Positions 1 through 12,016 are shown, counted from the stretch's first letter. The stretch is DNA of 64,000 nt from a virus (IMGVR_UViG_3300042691_015370:1-64000), one strand, 5' to 3'. Program-made: numbers and translations. The notes: generated by a model not told the origin, from the sequence alone.

Positions 1-32
1 GTGCTGGGTTGGCTGGCACAGGAGGATGACTA

Positions 33-380
33 ATGGCTAAGCAGAGTTTGGTTGAGTCCTTTGAGGACTGCTACGGCGTGAAGCTTCCCACCTGTCGGGA
101 AGTGTGCCCTGAGTGTGACGGATACGGTGAGTATGTGCATCGTGACCTGAGCGTGGTCACTCAGTCTGATCGTGAGGATTGGGCCGATGATGACTTCATG
201 GAGGGCTACATGCGGGGTGACTACAACGTCCGCTGTGAGGAATGTCACGGGCGCAACGTGGTCGATGTTGTCGATGAGACACAGCTAGATGACGATACTC
301 GTGAGTCGTGGGAGAACTGGCAGAAGGATTACTACGAGACTGAGGCCATCTACCGCATGGAGAGGGCAATGGGCGCATGA
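33..380 (+). CDS. Hypothetical protein with DnaJ-type Zn-finger motifs
   Basis: CPECDGYG and CEECHGR; GGAGG RBS upstream. Confidence 0.75.
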   Translation: MAKQSLVESFEDCYGVKLPTCREVCPECDGYGEYVHRDLSVVTQSDREDWADDDFMEGYMRGDYNVRCEECHGRNVVDVVDETQLDDDTRESWENWQKDYYETEAIYRMERAMGA

Positions 381-559
381 GTAGACTTGCGGCAACGGAG
401 GGTCACATCGACGACGAGCAGTGCCCTGACTGCGGCTGGCCGTTCCGTGCTCGGCTTGGCGAAGTGTGCCGCAACCGTTGGCACTTCCGAAACGCTGCGC
501 GAGATCTACGACCGGGTGCGTCGATGACCCACTACAGTCAAGACTACGAAGGAGAATAA
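377..559 (+). CDS. Small Zn-finger-like protein (CPxC...Cxxx[W/F]H)
   Basis: CPDC...CRNRWH; ATGA overlap with the upstream gene. Confidence 0.65.
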   Translation: MSRLAATEGHIDDEQCPDCGWPFRARLGEVCRNRWHFRNAARDLRPGASMTHYSQDYEGE

Positions 560-560
560 C

Positions 561-944
561 ATGGGCGCAGACTTGCTTATCGCTATCTGTGATGCACCAG
601 CAGCAGATCCGAGAACATGGTCCTATTCAGTTGAGGACATTGCAAGAGCTAAGGCTAAGGTTGTTGCTGCTCTTGACCGACTTGACGCAGACGAGTATCA
701 GGAGCTTGCGGAATACTTTGGCATGTGGGACCATGACATCGAAGATGAAGCTTCCCGTGAATCAGAGATTCGTGAGCGGGTGCTGAGCGCTGCCGATAGC
801 GTGCTGAACAGTCCACGAGATGTGGTACTTGCCAACGTGCATGACCATTGGATCTTTATCGGTGGTGGCACATCGTGGGGAGATTCGCCAGAAGGATTGA
901 CCGAAGTAGCTGCACTCGCACTAGTGAACCCTTGGGGAGACTGA
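561..944 (+). CDS. Hypothetical phage protein
   Basis: AAGGAG RBS; fits gene tiling. Confidence 0.75.
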   Translation: MGADLLIAICDAPAADPRTWSYSVEDIARAKAKVVAALDRLDADEYQELAEYFGMWDHDIEDEASRESEIRERVLSAADSVLNSPRDVVLANVHDHWIFIGGGTSWGDSPEGLTEVAALALVNPWGD

Positions 945-945
945 G

Positions 946-1476
946 ATGAAGATGATGATGTTTGATCGTGTGACCGTCCTGAACGACGACCCGGCCAAGA
1001 ACATGCTGGGCACCGTCGTCGGTACCGCTAGCTACTTGGTCGATGACCGAGACTTCACCACCATGGACAGCCCCGGCACCATGCGTCAGTGCTTTGTGGT
1101 GGCGCTCGACCACAGAGATCAGGGTTGGCTCGGTGGCGATGATGCTGAGGATGGGCGTAGCTTCATCACTCACCTGATGGTGCATGAGGATGAGTTGGAG
1201 CCTGCACCTTGGTACGTCAATGTCTACGAGGAAGATCGTGGCTACGGTGGTGCTGAGGAAGGTGGCTGGTGGTACGACATCAGCGAGCCTGTCCACTCCG
1301 AGGTGTTTGACAACAAGCCAGATGCTGAGGATTACTGTGATCGTATCCGTGACGAGTACCCTGCCGAGGGTGATCGTCCGATCAGTAGCGTGCTCTACTC
1401 CGGTGGTGCGTACAGCATTCGGATTGAGAACCATCCTCCAGTGCGCCGCCCCGAGACTGTCCCGCATTACGAGTGA
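946..1476 (+). CDS. Hypothetical phage protein
   Basis: YVNVY...YGGAEEGGWWYD segment of a type common in phage early genes; tiling. Confidence 0.75.
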   Translation: MKMMMFDRVTVLNDDPAKNMLGTVVGTASYLVDDRDFTTMDSPGTMRQCFVVALDHRDQGWLGGDDAEDGRSFITHLMVHEDELEPAPWYVNVYEEDRGYGGAEEGGWWYDISEPVHSEVFDNKPDAEDYCDRIRDEYPAEGDRPISSVLYSGGAYSIRIENHPPVRRPETVPHYE

Positions 1477-3736
1477 GTATGATCTATACACTTAAGACAG
1501 ACAGCACCATCATCATCGAAGCCAAGCAGCTTGACTCAGACAACGCTGTCAACATCAGCGTTTGGCTTGACTACCATGGTGTGCCCAACACCGTGTACGT
1601 CAACAGTCCAGACCTAGGTGTGGGTGATGAGCGCTTGGTGCCGGGTATGTGGGTGGGTGTGCTGCCCTATGAGGGCTATGTCACGCTCACTCAGGAGGAT
1701 CTGGACACACACTTTGTCGCAGATGAACAGGAGGATGAGGATGACTGATCCGTATAGCATCTACTACAACACCTACTGGAATGCCCGCAGCGAGGGTTAT
1801 TCCGATAGTGCTGCACGGCGACTTGCCGATGCAGCGTACCGATTCGCAGGGAGGTTGCTGTAATGGCACGACAGATCACGTTTCCAGTTGAGTTCACCGT
1901 CACGCTGGATGACGACACGAGTGAGCGCAAAGTCAAGGACACATTCTTCCAGTTCGTGACTGAACTGATCGAAGTGGAGCCTGCGCCCGCACCCGGCACC
2001 ACACCCTATTGGGTGAGCCTTATCACACTGGACCACACCAAGATTGTGACCAAGGAGACTGAGTGACAGAGTACGCATTCCCTACCATCGAAGTTGAGAC
2101 TCCCCGATGCTTTCACTGTGGCAAGACTGGCACAGTGACGGTGGTGGCTGAGGCTTACGCTTCATGGAAGGCTAAGCGTGGTCCGATTCAGCAGTTCATG
2201 CCTGAGATGCATGAGGATCTGAGAGAGCAGTTGATTTCTGGCACGCACGCCAAGTGCTGGGACGAGATGTTTGGAGAGGGTGTTGACGTATGAGTTTCAT
2301 TGCAAACCCCAACCCGAACCCGTACAAGCGCATGAACTCATACGAACAAGAGCACCTTGACCCACATCATGGTTTTGCTGGTGTAGTTGTGAGATGTGAT
2401 GCACGGTGCCCACGAGAGCACTGGTGGTACATGCCAAAATGCACGTCAACAGATCCGAACAACCATCAGGGTGATACATGCCCTATCCACGAAAGGTAGG
2501 CACTATGTCCGCAGACAACTTCCTCGCACTTCGTTTGCACGAGCCGAGCGGCAAGTACGTCGTCACCCATGAATCAGCCAGTGCTGATGAGTTGAGTGAC
2601 TTGGACCGTGAGTATAACCGTATCACGGCGAACGGTGGCTCTTGGTACTTGTCAGGAGTGTTCGACACTTGGCTGGACGCATTCAGCTTCCTCAACAAGT
2701 GCTATGAGGATGAGCCGTACATTGAGTACGGCCCCTCCATCTGTGTAGAGCAGCCCAAGTGGGAGAACAGCAACATCCAGTTCCCACGCCTGATCGCAGA
2801 GATCGTAGCAACACAGGAGATCGACATGGAGGCACTGGCAGAGTCCATGGACCTGACTCTGGATGACGTGCATGAACTGTTTGAGCGTGCTCAGACAGAG
2901 TGGGAGCAGATCAAGGAGAAGGCATGATTGCCAAAGCATACTTCAGTCGTAGCGAGGTGTTCGCTGATGACATGCACCTCGACCCGGATGAGACACTCTC
3001 GGTGCCGGTTGATACGAGTCAGGGTAACTTCATCACCCTCACCTACGACAACGTGTATGACACGGTGACCGGAACAGTGGCCTACTACGACACCAACTAC
3101 AACTGCTGGGTCGATGGCTTGACTGGTGCTTCGTGGAGCGATGTCACCATCCACTTCAGTGAGGACGAGAATGCCGTTTCGTGAAGATTACAGCCCCGCA
3201 GGATGCGAGGAAGTGATCCGAGCAGTTATCTGCAACGAGCCAGATGACGCTAACTTTGGTGGCTGGGACATTCTTATCAGTGTCCCTAACGAACTTGGGT
3301 TTTCGATGTGGGTGTGTGTCGCAGAGACTGCATCCTTTCCTAAGATGCGGACTATCTGCTCAGCCCTAGAAAGTGTGCATCAAGCCCTGAAGGATACACG
3401 CTACAACCCGGTTATTCTGGGTAAGGAGGACGGTTGGTAATGAGCGTTCCAATGCCGAATGACAAGATCCTTGGTGGTACATGCATTGCGTCCACTTGTT
3501 ATCGTGAGGCTGATGCTGAGGTGCCGAACGACCACTACGTTGTGGTCGTGCTGATGCCAGAAGCCCCATTCTATAAGGTGTGTGTGGTAGAAGATCAGGA
3601 TGGTGTGCTCGTTCCAGAGTGGACAGAAACACACCGCAATATCGTTCCAGCCATTGTGAACGAGCCATCCACTTTCTCCGGTGGACATTTCAGGCCGGAA
3701 AAGAGCGGCTACGTTGACATGGGGGGCGACTACTGA
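1473..3736 (+). other. Run of small co-oriented hypothetical genes (1473-1748, 1863-2066, 2063-2293, 2290-2499, 2505-2927, 2924-3184, 3171-3440, 3440-3736)
   Basis: Overlapping stop/start codons and SD motifs; no family recognised. Confidence 0.7.
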
Positions 3737-4017
3737 TGAAGCTCGTTGCGTTGATCGTTGCGGGTGTGCTGACCGCTAGCTGTTCACAGATGCAGGCACC
3801 ACAACTTTCCGAAGATTCTCTTGCGTGCATGAGAATTGACGAGACTTATCCGTTTCACGAGTTGATCGCTGATGGATACGATGTCAGCTATGATAGCGAT
3901 GTGTGGTACCTGAATGGAGAGTCCATCGGTTACGCAGAGAACGAGGATGAAGCCTTTGTTGCCTGTGGACCCGTCGATCTGATCGACGTACTCTACAACT
4001 ACGGAGATAACAAGTGA
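3736..4017 (+). CDS. Putative lipoprotein
   Basis: N-terminal K, hydrophobic stretch and LTASC lipobox-like motif. Confidence 0.6.
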   Translation: MKLVALIVAGVLTASCSQMQAPQLSEDSLACMRIDETYPFHELIADGYDVSYDSDVWYLNGESIGYAENEDEAFVACGPVDLIDVLYNYGDNK

Positions 4018-4451
4018 TTGCGAGGAACCAAATGACCGCTACTGACTACTATGGACTGCGCCGACTGCATGAGGGCCGACGCTTCTACGCCACCCGCAAG
4101 GTTGGTAACAACACCTACTCTCACCTGACGCTGGACGCTGAGTTCCAGCCCATCGACATCACCCTGCATGGACACAACATTGTGCGCCTGTTCCCTAACG
4201 GTGCAGTGATGTTCAATGAGTGTGGGTGGGCAACAGTCACTACCCGTAACCGTATCAACCAGTTCCTGCCGGGGCGCTACCATCTCAATCAGCGTAACTA
4301 CGACCAAATCCTGCACCATCCTGACGGAACGGTCGTTCAGGTGCCCTCGTCTGGCTGGGTGCTGGTCGATTGGTACTCTACCGGGGAGCAGCCGACCCGT
4401 GAGGCTCTTGTCAATCTCGGCTACCTGAAGGAGAATGGTGCCCATGTCTGA
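4014..4451 (+). CDS. Conserved-type phage hypothetical protein
   Basis: LHGHNI...GWATVTTRNRINQF motif; GGAG RBS. Confidence 0.7.
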   Translation: MIARNQMTATDYYGLRRLHEGRRFYATRKVGNNTYSHLTLDAEFQPIDITLHGHNIVRLFPNGAVMFNECGWATVTTRNRINQFLPGRYHLNQRNYDQILHHPDGTVVQVPSSGWVLVDWYSTGEQPTREALVNLGYLKENGAHV

Positions 4452-4824
4452 CACCTTTTTCGCTCACCCCAAGTTCTATAAGGAAGTCTTTGCCGATGGT
4501 GCATGGATTGAGACTCGTGAGGCTGAGTATCCTGCAACACGGCACATGATTGTGAACTACGAGGATGTGGAGCTTCATCTCACCTACTGGCTCGACAGTG
4601 GATGGCACCTGCACAAGCGTAAGGTTAACGGTTCTGTGGTGTGGATCAGGACAGGCATGTGTCAGCGTCGAGATCAGGGAGAGATCACCCGCATGGCAAT
4701 GGAGGGACATGATGTGTGAGTCACATGAATGGGGGCCAGTTGAGCGTAGTCGCATGGCTGGCACGTTGCATCGCAAGTGCAATAACTGTCGGTTCATCAC
4801 GCTAGACTTGGATGATGAGGACGA

Positions 4825-5235
4825 ATGATTTACAACGAGAATGACGTTGACGTGTTGCGACAGGCACTGATTGGCCGTTCGATCACGTCAGTGCAGTTTG
4901 GTGGTGATCTACCCACCACTGACAAGTACGTGACTACCGAGGGCAAGGTCACTCTTGACGACGGCACCGAGCTACTGCTGGGCGGCAACGATGGTGGTTG
5001 CTCATGTGGTGCTGGTGACTACGACTTGGTGCGACTGAATGACATGCCGATTAACGGTATCATGAACGTTGAGGTTGTTGACGAGACAGACGGCAGCGAT
5101 CGTTACGAGCCTGATCGAACCTATCGCATTTTTGTGCTCGCACAAGATCAGCGGTTTGAGCTTGCAGCGTTTGAAGGTAATGATGGTAATGGATACTACG
5201 GAACCGGGTTTTGGTTCACCGTAGTGAAGCCCTGA
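4825..5235 (+). CDS. Conserved-type phage hypothetical protein
   Basis: GGCSC and C-terminal GNGYYGTGF motifs. Confidence 0.7.
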   Translation: MIYNENDVDVLRQALIGRSITSVQFGGDLPTTDKYVTTEGKVTLDDGTELLLGGNDGGCSCGAGDYDLVRLNDMPINGIMNVEVVDETDGSDRYEPDRTYRIFVLAQDQRFELAAFEGNDGNGYYGTGFWFTVVKP

Positions 5236-5246
5236 AGGAGATAAAT

Positions 5247-5534
5247 ATGCGTGACTACCTTGAGCTTGGCCCTAGCCCCGCTGGTGAGAACTGTGTGCAG
5301 GTTGGTGAACCCAACTATGCTCCCCGTGCTCGACTTGAGTGTGAGCGTTATATGACACTCTTGGAGCGGACCTTTGGTAAGCCTCCTAGGGGTGCTTGCT
5401 TTGGCGTCAAAAGCTTCCCACATGACTTCGGTAGCTACTACGAGGTTGTCATCCACTTCGATGACGATTACGACGAAGCTGCGGACTTTGCCTACGAGGT
5501 GGAGCGTAATCTGCCTGAGACTTGGGAGGGCTGA
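5247..5534 (+). CDS. Conserved-type phage hypothetical protein
   Basis: AAGGAG RBS; HDFGSYYEV motif. Confidence 0.75.
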   Translation: MRDYLELGPSPAGENCVQVGEPNYAPRARLECERYMTLLERTFGKPPRGACFGVKSFPHDFGSYYEVVIHFDDDYDEAADFAYEVERNLPETWEG

Positions 5535-5861
5535 TGATGACTGAAGTACCAGACTACACGACCGTGGATATGTGGTTGGTTTACACTGACCGCAACGGTG
5601 ACAAGAACTATCAGCATTGGCGTGATCTTGTTGAGTGTGGAACGCTCATTGATCCTGTCACTGGTGATGACATGGAATTGGTAGGATGGCTGTCATGAGC
5701 CTGCGTCAGTTCCATGAGTTTCCTGACGGTAGCTCTATCAACTTCATTGGCACCGACGAAGGTATCATCATTGATCTGTACGATTACCGTGGTGAACCTA
5801 TCGGCACTGTTGGTATGACGTATGATGAGTGGTTTGAGTGGGCGATGAACAGGAGTGTTCG

Positions 5862-8179
5862 ATGAATCTCACAGAGGAACTATTTGCTCTCTCCGAGAGT
5901 GAAGCCTTGGATCTGTTCTATGAACTGAAGTTTCACCACAACTGGGCTGCTACCGTGTTCGATGAGGCAGATATTGAGGATCTCTGGAACGAGTACCGTG
6001 CAGACAATCCACAGTGGCCTAGGTGGCCTGAGGTGCGGGAACAGGTGCTCAAGTCACGCTTTTGGGGCCGAGCCTTGCCAGAGGCACTAGCCGCACGGGG
6101 CAATGATCTTATCAACGAGTTTATGTGTAATGTCAGCGATGCAGGAGAGATTGATGACCGCTGGTAATCCACGCTACGTTCATGACTGTGACATGGGCTG
6201 TATCTTTGTTGGACAGGTTGACGGTGACGACGTGTGGTTCCATGACCGCTACCAGAACGGTGAGCTTATCTACACAGAGGTGATCCTGCGTCACTCGTCC
6301 TATGGACCTGACTACGGTTGCTGGAGCAGTAGCTTTGGTTATGACCATATTCCTGAGCACTATCAGAAGGCGCTCGCCTTGGTAGTGCAGCACAGAGCGG
6401 GAGTATGTTGATAATCTCGGATCTCATGCAGGCAGTGGACGAGTTCTCGCAGGAGCATCCATACACGTTCCTGTTCCTGTTCCTTGCGGCGATGGCTGCA
6501 CTGTCCCTGATTTTCCACTACATCGGTTACAAACTCCGACCCTACGTATTCAAGGAGCGAGATGACAACGACGACTGAGATTGCAGATCAGATCAAGGCA
6601 CTGTACCCAAACGTTAGCTGGGAAAAATTCGAAGATTGCGACCGAGCGCTCAACTGGGAACTGTGGCATGGTCCACTTCCCTATGATTACTGGACTGTTG
6701 CTGAACCACTTGACCACTACGTGTGGCTTGGTTTTGAGCAGGCCGAGCGGGATCTGCGGGAAATGCTGGACCCCGTTCCCCGCATCATGTATCTTGATCG
6801 GGATTGCGACTACGTGACCGAGACAAACCCGGAAGATGACGACGGCAACTACGACGAGGATTACAACTGGATCGGCAGTGAGTCGTGGGAGCGGATCGAC
6901 CCGTGGGAGAAGTTGATGTTCCGAGAGACATACAGGCAGGTAGCGGATTAATGGCTTGGATCATTCGATCACTCAAAGAGTTCGATGACGGTGGTGTGCC
7001 GTTGTTCTGGCGCAACCAAGATGGTTGGGTGCTGATTCAGGACGCTGACTCGTTCACCGATGACGAGATGGAGACTCTGAACCTGCCCTTCGATAGTGAG
7101 TGGCAGGTAGATCACCGCACGCACCTGATTACACACAACATGCGCTGTATTTATACACAGACTGTGCTCATGGTGGATGATATCGGTGACGTTAGACTTG
7201 AGCCTGACGGTGCCTGCGAAGCCATTGATGAAACGTTCCTGTGGTGCGAGAATTGCGGTGAGCGTTTGATGGGCATTGAGATTGGTGCCAACGAGTCATG
7301 GGCGGCGATGTGAGACAAGTAAATGTATGGGAAATTGGGCAGACAGTTTTTGTAATCTACGTAATTCTGCTCGTGTTTTGCCTCATTCTGTCAGGGTTGA
7401 TGGCTGCCGAATACCCTCATACTGCTAAGCGAGTTATCTTGGGTACGATTACCTTTGTGACACTGATCGTCTTGATTGGTGGGTTTTTGTACTACAAGAA
7501 CGTGGAAACCAAGTGTATGCACGATAAGGATTTCAGCGGTGCCTGTCTAGACAAGGATTTGACATGACTAAGAAGATCACCAAGAAGCGAGCAATTCGTG
7601 AACTTCTCGCTATCTGTGAGCAGTACCCTAACCTTCGGAATCCGATGGACGAAGATATTGACGACTGCGTATACTTCACCTTTGCGGTGCAGCCGGGTCA
7701 GAGTCAGCGGTGCCTGATCGGGGAGTGGCTCAGTCGTAAGGGCTACGATGCTCAAACGTTCTGCGACAACGCTGTGGACGTTCTCAACACACTGGAACGA
7801 GAGCATGGACTGATCGCCACGCATCAGGCTCGTAGGGTGGCTAACGACATTCAGGCTCAGGCAGACGGCAGCTATACCGATACGGGTCCCAAGAACTGGG
7901 GCGATGTTGCTGGCTGGATCAGGGTGGAGTATGCTGATGAGCTACGATGACTTTGGATATGAGCGAGCACCTTGGTACATCTACTACTCCGAACGTCACA
8001 ACGAAGCCTCAGTCATTCAGGCAGATAGATATGATCTGCTTGACTACGACAGTAACTGTTTTCTGAGCAAAGCTTTTGATTCAGAAGAAGAAGCGCAGCT
8101 TGCGCTAGACCACCTAACACTCATTGTAAACCCGGACAGGCTCTTGCAGCTTGCCCGTTGGATGAAAGGCAATACATGA
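5862..8179 (+). other. Run of small hypothetical genes (5862-6167, 6154-6411, 6562-6951, 6951-7313, ~7310-7567 membrane protein, 7564-7950, ~7937-8179)
   Basis: Tiled ORFs with SD motifs. Confidence 0.65.
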
Positions 8180-8835
8180 CCACTACTACCCCGGCATCCA
8201 AGCTGGATGTCTACGACCCCTACACCGACCCCGCCACTGGTGGTGACGTGACCGCTTGGTCAATCGTTGCTCGACGTGCCCGTGATGCTGGCAAGCTGTA
8301 CGCTCGTCCTCACAGCCCGTCCGATCGCAACGGTGTCTACACCCTGACTGGCGCACAGCGTATCGCTGAGTGGCAGGATATTCCCGACACTCCCCCTGTC
8401 GCTGTGGCACTCACCGAGACTCCTAGCCGTGACCTGTTCACTGCTGTGATGGAGTACCTTGATGACCCTGACCGCTCGGAGCGCAGTACCGTCTTCACCA
8501 AGCTTGCAAGCTACGGCTTCTTTGGCACGGACAGTGACGAGACTCGGCTTGAGGCTCTGAACAACGTGTTGCGGTACTACGACAGCACCTGCCCTGATGG
8601 TGCCCGACGTGCCCGTGAGTCGCTGTCCGACGTGCTGCCTCAGCCTGCTCGCAAGACCATTCGTGCAACCTTTGAGATTGAGGTTGAGGGTACTGCTGCG
8701 GCTGACCTGAGTGGCGACGATGATCATGGCGTGGTGTACGATATCGCTCACGCACTCAACGATCAGACTGTTAGCGTCAGCAATGACGGCCTGAAGATCG
8801 TCAACGCTCGGTACACCGACTACATCGTTCTCTGA
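8176..8835 (+). CDS. Hypothetical protein
   Basis: 219 aa, strong codon bias, GAAAGG RBS. Confidence 0.8.
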   Translation: MTTTTPASKLDVYDPYTDPATGGDVTAWSIVARRARDAGKLYARPHSPSDRNGVYTLTGAQRIAEWQDIPDTPPVAVALTETPSRDLFTAVMEYLDDPDRSERSTVFTKLASYGFFGTDSDETRLEALNNVLRYYDSTCPDGARRARESLSDVLPQPARKTIRATFEIEVEGTAAADLSGDDDHGVVYDIAHALNDQTVSVSNDGLKIVNARYTDYIVL

Positions 8836-8840
8836 GCTAC

Positions 8841-8872
8841 GTGTGCCGGGTGCTGAGTTGCACCCGGCACAC
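8841..8872 (+). terminator. Perfect 13-bp hairpin (terminator or processing stem)
   Basis: GTGTGCCGGGTGC-TGAGTT-GCACCCGGCACAC just after the stop codon. Confidence 0.6.
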
Positions 8873-8896
8873 AACACACAACGGAAGGAAACAAGT

Positions 8897-9535
8897 ATGG
8901 ACAAGATTGATCTTGAAGAGTTCTCCAAGACTCTCCCGTCTGACCACCCTGCACTGACCCCCAGCGGTAAGCTGAGCGCAGCGGCAGAGCAGGTGTACCT
9001 GCGAGAGCCGATGTTCTCACGTACTGTGACGTTGCCTCCCATCGCACTCAAGACCGACAACCCTGTGCGTAACACTGAGCTTTTCTACCGCATCGCTGAC
9101 ATGATCGAATACTTCCCTGAGATGTACGATCAGAGCGTGTGGGGAGAAGAGGCTCCCGGCACTCCATGCGGTACCGCTTTCTGTATCGCTGGACATGCTG
9201 CACACGAGACTGGCTTCATTGCCCCGACCCGTACCTACGGTAGTCGAGTCACTCAGGACTGGATTAATGTCGAGTTTGCTGTCGATGATGACACCGTGGT
9301 GACTGAGACAACTCCTACCATTGGTCGGCTTGAGCTTGGTTTGACCCCCGCTGAGGCCGAGTACCTGTTCCATGAGGACTGGTGCCCGGTTGATGGCATC
9401 ACTGTGCCAGAGGCTCTGCGCATGATCGGTAGGGGTGAGTACATCAGCGAGGTGTCTGAGTCATACCACTACCGTGAAGAGTTGGAGCGAGATGAGGAAA
9501 GCCGCACCATTCAGGTGAGTGGGCAGCGACCCTGA
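8897..9535 (+). CDS. Conserved-type phage hypothetical protein
   Basis: YDQxxW...CGTAFCIAGHA motif; AAGGA RBS. Confidence 0.75.
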   Translation: MDKIDLEEFSKTLPSDHPALTPSGKLSAAAEQVYLREPMFSRTVTLPPIALKTDNPVRNTELFYRIADMIEYFPEMYDQSVWGEEAPGTPCGTAFCIAGHAAHETGFIAPTRTYGSRVTQDWINVEFAVDDDTVVTETTPTIGRLELGLTPAEAEYLFHEDWCPVDGITVPEALRMIGRGEYISEVSESYHYREELERDEESRTIQVSGQRP

Positions 9536-9560
9536 GTATTCAGCAACCCTAAGGAGACAT

Positions 9561-9962
9561 ATGACTACCACAACGATGACCGAGCGAGAGCAGTTCCTCT
9601 CCGATGTACTGACCACCGCAGTTGAGGGTGGTATCAATTACTGGGCCGCAGTGTCGGACTACAAGTGGTACGAGGGCGACTTCCGTGCCATTCCGGCAAG
9701 CGTCAAGGTCCATGAGATTGACGATGATCCCGCCGACGTGAGCCAGCCATACTTTGAGGTGGGTGTGCCGATTACTACCAAGGAGATTGGCGCAGCTATC
9801 GCCCGCATCATGAATCCCAACGATGAGATCAAGCACCTGAATCCCTATGTGCGTAGTCTCGTCTTTCAGGCTTCGATGGAGAACGATGCTGGTGACATTG
9901 ATACTGACATCGCTGACACGATCATGCAGATCGCTGTGCTAGGCGGCGTGATTTACGGTTAG
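9561..9962 (+). CDS. Conserved-type phage hypothetical protein
   Basis: EGGINYW and D..AD.IMQ.AVLG...YG motifs; AAGGAG RBS. Confidence 0.75.
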   Translation: MTTTTMTEREQFLSDVLTTAVEGGINYWAAVSDYKWYEGDFRAIPASVKVHEIDDDPADVSQPYFEVGVPITTKEIGAAIARIMNPNDEIKHLNPYVRSLVFQASMENDAGDIDTDIADTIMQIAVLGGVIYG

Positions 9963-9998
9963 TTTATGCAGGGCGCTGAGTTGTGTTAAAGTCCCTGC

Positions 9999-10430
9999 AT
10001 GACCCATTTTCAAATCGTTCCCTCCAATCAAAAGCATGTCGTCCTGTGCGATGACGTGGACGGCTGCTGGATACCTCGCCAGAAACCAAACGCTCACGGA
10101 TACGTCAGAATCAAGCTAGATCGTCTTGGAGTTTTAGCTCACCGGGAATCCTACGAGGAACACATTGGACCAATTCCAGACGGGTTAGTAATTGATCACT
10201 TGTGTCGAAATCGTGCCTGCTGCAACCCAGCCCATCTTGAAGCCGTATTACCCAGAGAGAATATTCTACGTGGGGTTGGTACGGGGGCACACAATGCCGT
10301 GAAGACACATTGCGTTAATGGTCACGAGTTCAATGATAGCAATACTTATTGGCGACCATCTGGTGGCAGAGCCTGTCGTGCTTGTAGTGTTACTAACTCT
10401 AAGGCATGGCGAGATAAACATAAGGAGTAA
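9999..10430 (+). CDS. Free-standing HNH homing endonuclease
   Basis: CW...GY...AHR.SY...GPIPDGLVIDHLCRNRACCNPAHLE...EN, plus a C-terminal THC.NGHEF...CRAC Zn finger. Confidence 0.9.
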   Translation: MTHFQIVPSNQKHVVLCDDVDGCWIPRQKPNAHGYVRIKLDRLGVLAHRESYEEHIGPIPDGLVIDHLCRNRACCNPAHLEAVLPRENILRGVGTGAHNAVKTHCVNGHEFNDSNTYWRPSGGRACRACSVTNSKAWRDKHKE

Positions 10431-11342
10431 TTATGAACGTTTGTGGAGAGATTGAGTACGAGAGCCGTCAGGTGGGTGGCATGGTCCACTCAGACATCTG
10501 CATCACTCATGACAAGTGGAGCGATGACAACCAATTCGTGCCCGGTGAGTACGCGGTGACCCCGGAGTACCGCCAGTTCTTGCACGCCTGTCTGGACGAG
10601 TGGATCGACAAGAGCCGTGGCACTGGTATCTTCTGGGTCGGTGATCCCGACGTGAGGGTGGCTGACTATGAGTGATGGAACGTGGCCGATCATGAAGATC
10701 CGTAAGGCTAATGCTGATGGATACTACATAGTCCAATTGAATGGACTGCATGAGATGACAGTGAGTGAAGCTGTCTTGAAAAATGCTGGTGTTGAAGTTC
10801 CGCTGGATTACAGCGATCTACAACATGCTTTGAATGCGATTGGCTATGACGATGATCGTATTCACACCATTGCACGAGATGGTGCATACTGGCAGGACGC
10901 TGACCCGCTGGTGAAGGCGTGTCGGAAGGTTGTGAGAGGGATTTGGTGGAACCAAGATGGCTGAGCGACATTGGCACAATGTGATTCACGATCCCCCGCC
11001 AGAGAATGTGGTGGTGGAGGTTGAGAACAATGGTGGAGCAAGGTTGAAGAAGAGTGGTAACCTCTGGTGGTTCCCAGATGGTTCCATGTACGTGTACTAC
11101 ACGCCAGAGTGGTGGAGGCCGATTGATGACTGAAACAGTGAGTGTCCGGGGAATGTCCCGTGCCAAGCCGCAGCAGCGCCAACTGCTCCCGCCTGTCACA
11201 ACCGTTCAGGTCCGGGGCGATTCGCTGGTCGAGATCGTGGGCGACATCCTCGTCACGATTGACGCCGCCAACCCCCTCAACTGTGATACAATTGCGGCAA
11301 AGCTTCTTGAAGGGCTTGAGTCGTGTGGAGTTGAGGTGAAGT

Positions 11343-11585
11343 ATGAAGGCTAGGTTCGGCCTTATTCTGATTACGCTTCTGGCTCTGGCCGGATGCGGTC
11401 CAGCGTATGAGGAAAGAATTGAGCAGAAGTACAACATCAATATACTCAGAGTCGAAGAGCATGGTTACAGTGGCGGCACAGTCGTCTACCAGAAGAAGAA
11501 CGGCGAGATTTGCTCTGCTGCACAGCTAGCAAACGATGTGCTTGTTGAGTCTGGTTGTGGTGAAGTCATGAAGGAACCATCCTAA
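11343..11585 (+). CDS. Putative lipoprotein
   Basis: MKAR, hydrophobic stretch and LAGC lipobox. Confidence 0.7.
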   Translation: MKARFGLILITLLALAGCGPAYEERIEQKYNINILRVEEHGYSGGTVVYQKKNGEICSAAQLANDVLVESGCGEVMKEPS

Positions 11586-11592
11586 GTGTCAC

Positions 11593-11667
11593 GCCTCCGT
11601 AGCTCAGCGGATTGAGAGCAGGTGGCTTCTATCCACAAGGTCGCAGGTTCGAATCCTGCCGGGGGCA
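11593..11667 (+). tRNA. tRNA-Arg(TCT)
   Basis: GCCTCCG/CGGGGGC acceptor, GCTC/GAGC D-stem, loop CT-TCT-AT, GCAGG-TTCGAAT-CCTGC. Confidence 0.93.
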
Positions 11668-11694
11668 CTGTACTAAACATGAAGAAAGGGTAAT

Positions 11695-12015
11695 ATGAGT
11701 AAGTCAGGTATTGTGGCGAGCGTAATCGGTGGACTAGTTCTCATCGTGCTGCTGACCATCGGAGGATGGCAGCTAGGATGGTGGCTCAAGGACGAGACAG
11801 TCAACCGTAATGCTGAGATTCTACAGGATTCGTATGGTCGTCAGAATGCTCTTGTTGAGCAGATTCTTGACGACGTGCGAGAAGTTGAGGCAGGTAATCT
11901 CCCGCCCCAGCAGGTTATTGCAATTACAAGCCAGATTTGTGATTCGGCAGCTAAGCTGACCGGCACGATCGAACTACCCATGAGCGCACAGTCGTTCGTA
12001 GCGAGGGAATGCTGA
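11695..12015 (+). CDS. Single-pass membrane protein
   Basis: N-terminal TM helix; two C-terminal Cys. Confidence 0.75.
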   Translation: MSKSGIVASVIGGLVLIVLLTIGGWQLGWWLKDETVNRNAEILQDSYGRQNALVEQILDDVREVEAGNLPPQQVIAITSQICDSAAKLTGTIELPMSAQSFVAREC

Positions 12016-12016
12016 A

